A stretch of DNA of 62,834 bases, the filler included. It is 22 parts of 22 records of this genome, joined end to end, with 100 filler letters (N's around TTAATTAATTAA, not from the genome) between each part and the next. Parts side by side here need not be neighbours in the genome. Positions count along the whole stretch, not along the records: positions 21,339 to 23,807 come from SRR16133337_58081; positions 23,908 to 26,005 come from SRR16133337_58189; positions 26,106 to 28,834 come from SRR16133337_58407; positions 28,935 to 31,838 come from SRR16133337_58421; positions 31,939 to 35,677 come from SRR16133337_58550; 17 more parts are not named here. One strand, written 5' to 3'. Shown in pieces: positions 22,027 through 34,300 of the stretch (position 1 is the stretch's first letter; the number at the start of each line of letters is the position of its first letter). Below the pieces are notes generated by a model that saw nothing but the letters and a program-made list of their open reading frames with translations, ran no database searches and had not been told where the DNA came from. A program made the position numbers and the translations under genes.

Positions 22027-23392
22027 CTTCTGCATTTTCTAATTTTGAGTTTTTTAATTCTTTAGGTTTAGTTACAATATCTAAAATCCTTTCTGAAATT
22101 GCTTTTAAAACAGGAACCACAACTGTATTTCCTAATAAATCGTAGGCAAAATTAGTTTTGACAGGAATTTCGTAACTATCAGGATAACCAAAAATTCTTA
22201 ATCCTTCCCTAATTGTTAATTTTCTAACTCCTTTTCCATCAATTACAACTATTTTACTCATATCAGTTGCCACAAGAGTTGGTGCAATATCATTTGGATT
22301 TAAGATTTTATTTATTTCAAAACTTAATTTTCCTGTTACAATATTATATCCTTTAGATTTTGTTTCATCATAAACACGGGAAGTAACAACACCATTTTCT
22401 AAAACCTCTTTCACCAATTTTTTAGGGTGTTCAAATCTTAAATAACCTTTATCCACTAAATCTTCTAACATTCCTTTTAAATCATAACTTTCAAACAAAT
22501 CATTTGTAGGTGCAAAAGTTTGTATTTGTTTTAATGTTAAAGGCATTCCATCCATCCAATCAATACCAATTTCAATTGCCCAATGTTTTTGCCTACGTAC
22601 TTTAAATAGTTTGTTTAACAATCTAATCTGCTCTTTTGTGCATTCTCCTTTTATCCCTATATCCCAACTATGAATATTGTTTTCACCTCCTCTTTTATCT
22701 TTTATAGACTTTCCATATAGTTCTTCAACTGTGAAATGGGAAAGTAATTTTTTAGTAAAATACGTATTCATTGTTTCCTTTCCTTTTTCTAAAACATCCT
22801 TTAAAACTCTAAAAGTAGGTGCGAAATTTTCCAATGAAATCTTATTCTTTTTTGTACCAACAATAAAAATTCTTTTTCGTGATTGAGGAACTCCAAAATT
22901 AACGGAATCTAAAACTTCCCAAGAAACTTTATAATTTAATTTTTCTTCTAGTTTATATAAAATTGTCTTTAAGGTTCTACCTATTTTATCCGTTTTATTT
23001 TCTAAATCGTGCTTAACCAAACCTTCAACATTTTCAAGAATAAAGCCTTGTGGTTTTTTATGTCTTAAAATTCTCTCAACCTCAAAAAATAAAGTGCCTC
23101 TTGTATCTGCAAAACCATTTCTTTTTCCTCCTGCACTAAATGGTTGACAAGGAAATCCACCGAAAAGAAAGTCAAAATCCGGAATATCTTCATTTTTTAA
23201 TTGAAAAATATCGCCAATAAAATGATGATGATGATGATTATGCTTTAAAGTTTTAACTGCATAAGGTTTAATTTCGGAAGTTAAAACGCATTCTGTTTCA
23301 ATTCCTCTTTCTTCACAAGCCTGCTCAAAGCCAATACGAATTCCACCAAGTCCAGCAAATAAATCTATAAATTTCAATTTTTTATTCACCAT
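22016..23392 (-). CDS. dcm: DNA (cytosine-5)-methyltransferase of the type II R-M system (likely start MVNKKLKF at 23392)
   Basis: Motif I FIDLFAGLGG, motif IV GGFPCQPFS, motif VI ENVEGL, motif VIII PQSRKRIF, C-terminal LGNTVVVP. Confidence 0.95.
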   Translation of the reverse strand: MVNKKLKFIDLFAGLGGIRIGFEQACEERGIETECVLTSEIKPYAVKTLKHNHHHHHFIGDIFQLKNEDIPDFDFLFGGFPCQPFSAGGKRNGFADTRGTLFFEVERILRHKKPQGFILENVEGLVKHDLENKTDKIGRTLKTILYKLEEKLNYKVSWEVLDSVNFGVPQSRKRIFIVGTKKNKISLENFAPTFRVLKDVLEKGKETMNTYFTKKLLSHFTVEELYGKSIKDKRGGENNIHSWDIGIKGECTKEQIRLLNKLFKVRRQKHWAIEIGIDWMDGMPLTLKQIQTFAPTNDLFESYDLKGMLEDLVDKGYLRFEHPKKLVKEVLENGVVTSRVYDETKSKGYNIVTGKLSFEINKILNPNDIAPTLVATDMSKIVVIDGKGVRKLTIREGLRIFGYPDSYEIPVKTNFAYDLLGNTVVVPVLKAISERILDIVTKPKELKNSKLENAEAIV

Positions 23393-23663
23393 TCTTATTT
23401 TTATATTCAACATTTGGTTCAGCAACAAGATTTAAATTTGATTTAAAGTCTTCTATTTCAAATTTATCACAACCAATAACAGAAAGACATTGTAAAAAGA
23501 AAGTAGCACTAAAAGTTCCTCTACTTATTTTACTCGTAATGCTTGATTGAGTTTCATTTAACCCTTGTTCGTTTAACAAGAAAACTAAATCAGAAGTTGA
23601 AATACCTCTCTTTACTAATTCAGACTTTAAAAGTCGTTTTACCTTATCGTTTGAATAAATCAT
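23382..23663 (-). CDS. DUF6471-like small HTH-type protein upstream of, and overlapping, the methylase
   Basis: KRLLKSELVKRGISTSDLVFLLNEQGLNETQSSITSKISRGTFSATFFLQCL pattern; its stop overlaps the methylase start. Confidence 0.7.
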   Translation of the reverse strand: MIYSNDKVKRLLKSELVKRGISTSDLVFLLNEQGLNETQSSITSKISRGTFSATFFLQCLSVIGCDKFEIEDFKSNLNLVAEPNVEYKNKNGE

Positions 23664-23726
23664 AAGTCAAATTTAACCGAATATTCTCATATATGCAAAT
23701 AATTAAACAAAAACAAATAAAAAGTT

Positions 23727-23807
23727 GGGTAACAACGTATAAAAATAATAGCGGTTTTGTGCAAAACTCAAAGCTTATATATTTATACAAAGTTTAGTGA
23801 TAAATTG
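23727..23807 (+). repeat. Left part of a Bacteroidetes-type attC-like intergenic repeat (truncated by contig end)
   Basis: GGGTAACAACGTATAAAAATAATAGCGGTTTTGTGC...AAAG; resembles, from memory, the TAAC-initiated palindromic repeats that separate accessory gene cassettes in Flavobacteria. The right arm is absent. Confidence 0.5.
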
Positions 23808-24164
23808 NNNNNNNNNNNNNNNNNNNNNNNNNNNNNNNNNNNNNNNNNNNNTTAATTAATTAANNNNNNNNNNNNNNNNNNNNNNNNNNNNNNNNNNNNN
23901 NNNNNNNATTATGCCCACAAAAATGTTTACGTAGGGTATGGGTGTGGGCCAAAAATTAGAATTTTGTGTCAACATAAATAAGGGGTGGTCCTCCTTTACT
24001 TATTTGTAAACCTCGTTTTTGTACGTTGGTTAACATGAGCCTTCTTTAGTCCCCAAATTTTCGTACATGTTAAATACAGAGCACTCTCATCAGCAATTTT
24101 GTTTATTTCCCCACACACACCACTCCCACCCCAACCCTTCCACCTTCACACCCTTTTTTTGTAC

Positions 24165-25244
24165 CTGGATTGTTCGCCCTTATTCTGACAACAACATAAT
24201 GACCGGGATGTAGTAGAACGGTATCAGTTCTTGGTGGATTCACAAGATTCCTTGTGGGTTCTTGCTTTTCATTCCACGATGCTTGTGAACAAGGAATATT
24301 ATGACAAAGAATATCAGTTGAACTTCCGAATTTTTCTTGTTTAGCATCCCACTCGCCATATCCCTCAGCAACAACCCAAAATGAATGTCCATGGAAATGA
24401 ATTGGGTGGAGGGCGTTCGCTGTTTGTACAGATTCTGATTTCTACAAACATAAAACCAGCACATGAAAGTCTGGGGGGGAAACCACACAAAACTAAAATA
24501 ATATTTGAAGGTTTTTATTTTCTTATCGGAAATATAATTTGCATATATGGCGGTGTGGTTGTAAAAAAATATGTGTATACACCTTTATAAGGTCAAATAA
24601 TTCAAGAAATTCGTGGCATACAACGTGAACATACAGCCAAAAAATTGAAATTGAGTAAGGAGCCAATGTCGCGAAAGTAAGGAATTGCATACAGCTCGTA
24701 GACCTAGAAAATTATATAAAAGTATTAATATTGAGTTCCATATGTTTGTACATTAATAGTTAGGAGTTAGGATAGAAAAGGGTGGGTGGATCACATATAT
24801 GTTTTGGCAGAAAGAGGTAAGCATTCAAAAAAAATTGAGAGAAAGGGATAGCAAATTTTCAAAAGGAATTTCATTCTCTGTTGTTTTTAAGAACACCGAA
24901 CATATTCATTTGGTGATAAAAATTTGCTGGATGCCCAAATGAAAAGTTGACTCGCCGTACCTTGTTGTAAAACACAAATTCAACACTAGAACCATATTCG
25001 ACTTCGTAAACTGTTGTACAAACACATCCAAAATCAGCACAATAATCTGCCGAAGCGCATTCAAATTCTGGTGGAACGCCGTCAAAAAGTAAATTTCCGC
25101 CTGTTCTTGTAAATTGTGCTCTGTTCACTTGTCTTGGGTCCCTGAAATTGAGCCATATTGTCTGATCAACTTCTTGTGGAACTTGTTCCAAACGATTTTC
25201 AAGCTCAATTTTCCTTCCATCACTTAGAGTTGCATATTTAGGAT
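24165..25244 (-). CDS. Partial spliced multicopper oxidase (laccase / L-ascorbate oxidase family, third cupredoxin domain); exons 25244-24961 and 24441-24165
   Basis: Phase-0 GT-AG join gives CVCTTVYEVEYGSSVEFVFYNK|KSESVQTANALHPIHFHGHSFWVV...NPPRTDTVLLHPGHYVVVRIRANNPG. Contains the HPxHxHGH copper motif and the NNPG that precedes WxxHCH. Confidence 0.9.
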
Positions 25245-26105
25245 CTAAACATTATGCATAAATTGTTATATTTATTTGTTCAATACTAATCTTCAGAACG
25301 TCAAAAATAAAAGGACCAGGAATTGCTCCAAGGTTAAGTCACCCAAAACGCTATTGGAATTAAATAAAAATATAGTAGTAGAAAAATATATGAAATGTGA
25401 AACAACAAAAAAAAACACAGAGAAAAACTTCACAGAATTATAACGCAAATCAAATTTACGGAAACTCGCATTTGAAACTTTTTGGATTTTTTTACCCTCC
25501 CGTCTGCCCATGTTTCTTTACGAACAATTTCCTTTGAGTCTCTTGTGGGAAATATTGATGTTTCATTCAAACAATGCGTGGAGAATTGACTTTAAGAGTT
25601 TTGGGTGGAAAAACCACACTTCATTTCATAAGGAAAATTCAGCTCAGAAATCCTCGAACAAAAATGGTGCCAAATACGGTCTCGTTAATACAATATGGTT
25701 ATTTTAACATAAGAATTAGACATCCAAAATACTTCTACAGTTTTAGGACACATTTAACGCGATGGTGCGCTCTCAGCATAGAAAATAGAAATACATTCGC
25801 GAAGACAACGATTGCTTTTTATTGTAGTGTTTTGTTGTAAGTGAGTTACTAAGTTTTGCACAACTGGAAGAAAAGGTTAAAAAACCAAAATTCAAAATTT
25901 GGCTTGTAGAGTGGAAGTGAGTGGCGTCAGGAGGTAGCAGCCTTTTGAGTTGGAAGTGTAGCGGGCTCGGCTGTGACAGCAAGGTTACCACTGTTGGGTC
26001 CCTCTNNNNNNNNNNNNNNNNNNNNNNNNNNNNNNNNNNNNNNNNNNNNTTAATTAATTAANNNNNNNNNNNNNNNNNNNNNNNNNNNNNNNNNNNNNNN
26101 NNNNN

Positions 26106-28796
26106 AATGAGTTTTTGTGTTTTTTCTGATGATAGGTTTTCTTCTTTTACAAATACTTTAAATGCTTTTTGCTGTTCTTCTGACCAGAATTTCTCAAACT
26201 CTTGTGGTATGTTTTCTGAATCTTCTATTGCAGGTAAATTAGCTTCTATAAATTTTTCTATTAATTCTCGTTTACTTCTTAAATTAGCTTCTCCAGTTAA
26301 TAAATCGACTACTTCTTTACGTTTTGCTTCTTGTTCTGATTTTTTACCCTCTTTTAAGGTTGCCAATAGTTTTAAAATGTAAGTAACATTGATTTCATCT
26401 CTACGAATTAATTCTAATTCAAAATCTACATCATCAAGTATGGAAACTTTTTCTTTGGCTCTATCGTGTTTTGTTTTTTGCCATAAATCAAGATACTTAC
26501 TTCTGTAATCGTTAAACAACTGTTCTTGCATTGCTAAATCTTCCCAATCGAAATTAGCAAAGGTTGTCATTGTATTTTTTAAACGCATTAATTCTCTAAA
26601 TGCTTTGATGAACTCTAACTCATCTTCTTCACTTACTAAATCATTAACACTATTTACTGTTGGTGTTATTTGTAATAAATTGATAAATGCGGCATTGAAT
26701 TTCTGTGTATATGCTTCATAAGGCTTCATTATAATAACATCTATCGCTTCTTTATTACTAAAGAGGGTTATGGCTTGATCTGTTACTTTTTTAAGATTCC
26801 GAAACACCACAATATTACCTTGTGATTTTTGCTCGTTTATGATTCTGTTTGTTCGAGAATATGCTTGTATTAATCCGTGATATTTTAAATTTTTATCTAC
26901 ATATAAGGTGTTTAATGAGGGGCTATCAAAACCTGTTAAAAACATATTTACCACTAACAAAATATCAATCTTGCGTTCTTTTACTTTCTTTGAGATATTG
27001 TTGTAATACTTATAAAAGGATGGACTGTCTTTTGTTGAAAAATCAGAACCAAATAGTTCGTTATAATGCCCTATATAACTTTCTAACTTATCTCTTTTAT
27101 GTAAATTTAAGCCATATAAAGCTGGCGAATCTTCTACTACCGAAACTTCTTCTGGAATATATCCGTTTGCATCTGCATCTTCTTCGTTAGCTACGTAACT
27201 AAATATGGTTGCTATTTTTAGATTGTGTTTGCCTTCTTCTTTTTTACGGTGTAGAATATCATAATAAGCTACCAACATATCTGTACTGCCTACACAAAAC
27301 ATTCCTGTAAATTCCTTATTGTGTGTTTTACGGTTGTGATTTGCTATAATATAATCTGCTATTTTTTCTAAACGTTTTGGTGATTCCATTAACTCTTTAC
27401 GGTCAATGTCTTCTACTTCAATATCTATTTCTGTAGCTGATTCTTTTTGTTTGTATTTGCCAACATATTCTACTGCAAATTTTAGTACATTTTCATCCTT
27501 AATAGCATCTGTAATCACGTATTTATGCAAGCACTCGCCAAACAATTCTTTAGTAGTACGTTTCCCTAATTCGTTTTTTACTGCATTGTCTGCAAATATG
27601 GGGGTTCCTGTAAAACCAAACATTTGATAATTGTTGAAGAATGCTTTTATACGGTTGTGTGTTTCTCCAAACTGACTACGATGACATTCATCAAAAATAA
27701 AGATGATACGCTCCTCTTTCATTGTTGACATTTTGGCTAAATAGTTCTTTTTACGAATCGCTGTATTTAGCTTTTGAATGGTGGTTACAATAATTTTGGT
27801 ATCATCACTAAATTGTTTTACGAATGCTTTGGTATTGTCTGTACCATCTATACTGCCTTTAGAGAAACTATTAAACTCTTTGGTGGTTTGGTAATCTAAA
27901 TCTTTTCTATCTACTACAAATACCACTTTTTTAACTTGTGGCATTTTCATAATAATTTGACTTGCTTTAAAAGAGGTTAGCGTTTTACCTGAACCTGTAG
28001 TATGCCATATATAACCGTTGTTTGTACTGTTTTTAACTTTATCAATGATGCTTTCTACTGCATAGTATTGATACGGACGTAATACCATTAATATTTTATG
28101 TGTTTCGTTTAAAACAATGTATTTACATATCATTTTAGAGATATGACAAGGTTCTAAAAAGGCTGATGTAAATCCATTTAAGATATTGGTTAAACGCTTG
28201 TTTTCATTATTTGTCCAATAGAAAGTTTGTTTGAATGATTGATGCCTATTATTTGCATAGTATTTGGTATTTACACCGTTACTAATTACAAATATTTGTA
28301 CGTATTGAAACAAAGCAGATTTAGCACCAAACGAATGCCTTTGATAACGATTTATTTGGTTAAAGGCTTCTTTCATTTCTAAGCCTCTACGCTTTAATTC
28401 TATTTGCACTAATGGTATACCATTTACTAACAAGGTAACATCGTAACGATTTTTATAACTACCTTCTATAGTGACTTGTTGCGTCACTTGGTATTGGTTT
28501 TGACACCAATGCTCGGTATTTAAAAACTCAAAATATAGGTTATCACCATTATCTCTAATTATATGCTGTTTCTCTCTTAGCGTTTTGGCTTTTTCAAATA
28601 CAGAACCTTTACTTAGTATGTTGAGTACACGGTCAAACTCTTTAGTAGTAAACGAAATATTGTTATGTTTTTCTAACTGTGCTTTTAAGTTATTTAATAA
28701 AGCTTTTTCATCTGGTATACTTACTTTTGTGTAGCCACTATTGGATAGCTGTGCTACTAACTGATTTTCTAATACTTGTTCTGGTTGTGTACTCAT
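26106..28796 (-). CDS. hsdR: Type I restriction-modification endonuclease subunit R (3'-truncated by contig end)
   Basis: RYDVTLLVNGIPLVQIELK nuclease motif, LRPYQ, WHTTGSGKT Walker A, DECHRS, FTGTP, MFLTGFD, IQAYSRTNR. Confidence 0.96.
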
Positions 28797-29230
28797 ATTG
28801 TTTATGTCATTGCAAGGCGTTAGCCCTTTTTGTCNNNNNNNNNNNNNNNNNNNNNNNNNNNNNNNNNNNNNNNNNNNNTTAATTAATTAANNNNNNNNNN
28901 NNNNNNNNNNNNNNNNNNNNNNNNNNNNNNNNNNCACACACACACACACCCACACACCCATTTACCACCCAAAATACCATTTTTGGTAATTCAATCACAC
29001 AACCATCCTAATTTTTACATATCATTCAGAACTACAGTTTTGATTAGTTTAATTCACAAAAACAACATATATATGTATCATACGTATGCAAGATGGATAC
29101 GACTTGAAATTCTCGAGGAAAAGGAAAATAAAACCAAATACATCACTTAACCGGAGTAAGTTGTGGGATTTCAATTCGAGAGATAACAGTCAAACTTATG
29201 AAAAATTTAGATAGATATGTGTAAACTCAC

Positions 29231-31333
29231 AGTCTCCAGATGAGCCAACTTTCACAAATCCGTAGGAACCGCGAGCAAATGGATCTTTTTTCCAGCGAGT
29301 ACAAAACGACATAACAGGGTCCGGATCTTCGTTGAAAATCTAAACACGTAACACGCACACCCAAACAAAGGTGGAAAAATACTCTCTATGGGAGTCGTGA
29401 ACAATGTTGACAAATTTAAACATTTTTCTTTTCACGAATATCAAAATCGATGTTCCTTCATACTAGTACGTCGAAAGCGAGCAAAAAAAAAAAAAACTAC
29501 GCGCATAAATTGCCTACTCCATTGCAAAATGAAAACACTCTGCAAAAACACAATTATACAATAAAAATAAAACAAACTAGCTATCTGACGCGACAAATTC
29601 CTTCGAACAGTTCGCAACCAGAAGCATTTTCCCTTCGCTCCTGCCAGATAGGATTCATGCCGGTAGGCCAGGATTGCTTCGCTCTTTATGTAAACATGTA
29701 AGTATGTGTTGGATGTAGTTTAAATTAGTGATATATCACATTTGTTATGTTTTGCATTTTCCACGTTTGTACACGCACATATTATCACTTGTTTTTCATT
29801 TATTTTCAAATAATTACATAAAGAACCGTCCACCCCCACATCCACGCTGTTGACTTTTTTGCATTAATTTTCTATTATTTTTCGATAAATTTTGGATTGA
29901 TTTTTTTTCATGCCAGCATTTACCGACCATTTACAGACCATCCGCCGATCGCTCTTACAAAACAAGTTCGGTAAAGTCCATGTACAATTATTTGTAATTT
30001 GGATTTTAGTGATTAGTTTGGGAAACTTATATGATTTTTTAATGATTACCAAATAATATAATGCATTTTCATGAGTTGCAATTAATTTTCGGTTAAAGTT
30101 TTGTCCATTTGTATTATAAATTAATTTTTGCAACTAGAAGGTAACTTACAACCGGAGAAAGTAGTTACTTATGAGCGGCTGGTAAGTTCTGAAGAGATTT
30201 TTTTGTATTAAACTATAATTATTTCGCTCAACGTGGCCGGAAGTGTTGGCAACAAAACCAAAACAACGTGGAATTTCGTTTTGAAAAATTCAAAGGAGGC
30301 TTCTCAACATTGTTTTAACCCCACATACTGCAAAAACAAACAACTTATACAATAATTAAAACAAAAATGTTGCACAAACAAAAACCTGCTTTTTTCAAAT
30401 TTGTGTGCAAAAAAGGAGCCACTTCTATCCCCTGAACATTTTTTATAGGGCTTATACCAATTGTTGTGAGAAGTCCACGGATTTTACGAACACCATGATT
30501 TCATGAGACAAGAAAAAAAGAAATCATGCTATACTTTTACAACAAAATTCTAAATTAAACTTTTTTTTAAAAATGTTTTCGTTAACGTATGTTCATAGCG
30601 TAAAAAAATTAGTGTATAATTTTTGTGGGTGAATAATACCTTTTTTAAAATTGCCCGTGTTTCACCCACTAGTTCTTCATCAGTCTGTGATTCACTCTAC
30701 AAAAATAAAGACAAACATGCACAGAAACAATTATAAGGGGTAAATAATAGAACCAGCGATTCGATTTTTGAAAAACATTTGACGCCGCATTAGCAATACA
30801 ATTCTTTTTACTAAATCAATCTTTAATGTGTTTTTCACGCTCCAGAATTCGACTATCAACTTGGTGGCCATGTACAACTAATACCTTTCATAATCGTGAA
30901 AATTCGAAACACTGAAAGAGCTTACCATCCGTGAGTTAACTAGTGTCGTGGTATCAAAACGCATTTTCGTGGCTTAGTTCATCCAATCAATTCGATTTGA
31001 AAATTAGCCAAACAAACAAAAGTCAAATTCTCTAGGCAATGAGATGTTTTGCGACAAAAAATCGCTGGATTTCATGAACTGCATTCAGGAAAAATGTAAC
31101 ACTTGCACACGAGTCCTTAAGTTTCTATGGTTTCAACAATTTCTTTTAACAAAATCATGCAACATGGGTTTTTTCGATTTTTGATCAAAGTATCTTGATA
31201 GACATTTAAGAGGAACATACCTCAACTGCAGCTATTCCGGTACTAACTGCAACAATAATTGGTTGGTCTAAGCATCTTTCAAGATTCCAAAAACAATAGA
31301 ATTTCCCACGATATTTCGGATACGTTACGTCAC
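29231..31333 (-). CDS. Partial spliced flavin-containing amine oxidase, LSD1/KDM1-like; exons 31333-31221, 30696-30640, 29339-29231
   Basis: Phase-0 joins give DVTYPKYRGKFYCFWNLERCLDQPIIVAVSTGIAAVE|SESQTDEELVGETRAILKK|IFNEDPDPVMSFCTRWKKDPFARGSYGFVKVGSSGD. This parallels the C-terminal amine-oxidase region of LSD1 (RG..F.FWNL...; RW..DP.ARGSYS). Confidence 0.85.
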
Positions 31334-34300
31334 CTAATGTCAACATCAATGAAAAACAAAAATAAATTAAGGCACTAGAATATAGATCACCAACATAGAT
31401 CCACTCCTATTTTGTTGCCAATGACTTCATATTCACGAAAAACGGAGATATATTTCTCCTGAATGATGACATTGTTCAGTTCGCCATTGGACATTTTCAG
31501 GAAGAAAATGTAGTTTTAAATACGTAGTCGTGTTCAACATCACTTGAAGAGATTTGTCTCAAATATTGGGGTTTTTATACCAATGACAGATATCTCTGCA
31601 CACAAATGGTTGTTTTTGACAAGGCTTTCGTTGTTATAATACGGATGAGAAATCAAAATTCAACTTTTGACGATTTTTTTTCAAATGTATTTTGTGTGTG
31701 CTTTGACGGGCTTGATATCAGAGGAAATCTGATTTTTTTGGGCAATGCGTCCCCCCACGACCCCCACCTCCTCCTCCATACCAAACTTTTTCTACATTCA
31801 AGGTAGGGGGCTGTCTAATGATTTTGAAAAGCGACGTTNNNNNNNNNNNNNNNNNNNNNNNNNNNNNNNNNNNNNNNNNNNNTTAATTAATTAANNNNNN
31901 NNNNNNNNNNNNNNNNNNNNNNNNNNNNNNNNNNNNNNATTAGGTTGTTTATATAAACAGCTATCAAGCTTTTGCCTTATTCACTTTACTTAAGAGGTGT
32001 TGGAGTATCTTAAATAATCATCATATATTTTTCAGCTTCCTCCCTTTGAAAATTTACCACCACCACATACCTTCCTTTATCTACAAACACCCAACAAATA
32101 TCTAGATCAAAATAAACTAATAATAGCCGCACAAATAATATATCTTTTCAAAAACACAAAATAAAACCACACAAAGATTGTTCAAATCAAAAATCCGTCA
32201 AAACTCTGCCAAAAAAAAGTTGCATGAAGCCAAAAATGTGTAAATATGATGAACTTTTGTTAGGATACACTGTACAATCAGTACGACATGCCTAAAGTAT
32301 CTATGATCAAAGAAGTCAGTATTTAAACCTTTTGCTACATACCGCCCCAATGGACTAATGAACTATGAAAACTGGAATATTTACCACGGTCAAAGTAAAG
32401 AGAGAAGTTGTTATATTTCTCATCTACAAATGTGCTAATTAAAGTATAATATAAATGACATAGTATAGATTATGTAATCTATATTATATTTATTCTATCA
32501 AATATTACTATATTATTATATAAACAATAATGCAAGGTCCAAAGATTTTTTTTCTCATTCTTTTTATTGTCAGCTATGAAAGTGCTAAAAATGAGCCATA
32601 CAAAAAATGCCATGTCTTTGATAAATTTGGTATGACACAAGCATATATTAGTTGTAGTAGTATAGTAATACCTCGAGCAACCATCTCACTCTTGTTCAAA
32701 CATGATCTCAACCTTGAATTATTTGAATACACATGAGCGTGGCTTGACCGTGCTATAGCTATAGCTAGCTAGCTAGTTACCTGTGGACATACAGATTCTA
32801 TTGGACCTTGTTAATAATGTAATCATGTCCAACCTTTATCATTTGTTGAGCTAGCCAGACTGTCAATAATGAATTTATTTCTCTGTGATTTGCTAAAGTA
32901 ATACTGTTATATAAAAGGTTGTCAAGTTTATTTTTTTAAGCTTTAGTACATATTTTATATGTATATATGTAACACTGCATAAAATCATTTAAAACTAGAA
33001 AACCTATTTAGTTAGCTGTATTATTTCAAGTATATATCTTATTAAACTCACACTTCCATATGTGTTCTGTTAAAAGTTTGAGCAAACAGTCTGACCCTCT
33101 AGTTCTAACAGCCTGTGGTGCAAATTATTACTTTTATTAAAGAACCTGGGCCACATTATTACTGTGTTTTTTTATTTCTCAAAATATTTTGCCAAAGTCC
33201 ATTACCGTTGGCTCAAAGTTGGCAAACAAACAAATGCTTGAAAAATTTTCATTTTGGTAATCTAAATTCATCACAGTTTTTTTTTATATATGGAAAATCT
33301 TTTATTTGGCCTGAAAACAGAAAATAGTAGTGTTTAAATTGAAGCCTTTAATCTTGTTTGCCTTCTTTGTGCTTGCTTTGTTCTTGTTAGCTGTCTAAGG
33401 AAAGGGTATCCTTAAAGAAATACCCTTTTCTTTCTATAACTAACAGAGGACAAGTATATATTTAAATAAAGGACATGACAAACAAAAACACAGTCCTAAG
33501 TTAGTACAAACAAAACCTCACATATAATATTCTTATTTTTTGTATTACCAAATCACGTGATTCGTAGTAATGTGTGTATAAATGTAGAAAGTCTGAATGT
33601 TTCTGAACCACCAACCACCCACTATGCACTGTTAGGATAAACCAATCTGTATAAACACTTGATGTATAAATATTCCAGGTATATGTTCAGACCGTGGTTC
33701 ATCTAAACAGCACATGTGTGTGTGTGTGTGTGGGTTCAGGGTATGTATGTAAATATTGATAAACCTGTTGTGTAAAATACAGTCATCTTAAGCATTCACT
33801 GCACAGATTAATCAGTACAAACAACCAGTTATCTCTAAATTATTATGATTGTAGCTTTACTCTCCATACAGCAACCAAAACAATTGAAATTATTCCAATG
33901 CCATTTCTACAAATACTTGCATTTATGTATATCTCTGTATGTAAATACTATAAGCCATGAAATCAAATCCTGTTATTTTCTAAATGTCCATTGAGAAGTT
34001 TTGTTCTATATTGAGTAAATATACACCGTGATGTGAGAGAGATAGCTGATGATAGTCCTGACAAATACAAATGTTATTGGAATGAATTGAAAAGATAATG
34101 AATTGACATGTTTATAAAGCTTGTTTATTGTTTAGATGATGTGCAGTTATTAGTTAGGTGAATGAAAATGACATCTATGTATAAATCATATGATAGAGGC
34201 ATTGATATACACTGCTGTATATTAATGCCTTTACCATCATGGAGTTTATATAGATAACATTCTCAATTGACTATTAATAAGCGCACTCATGATTCAAGGA

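Noticed and set aside
21339-28834. Apparent defence island (type II R-M near type I HsdR) or bacterial-to-eukaryote gene transfer
   Set aside because: Separate contigs with a eukaryotic contig between them; no bacterial-eukaryotic junction exists within any contig.
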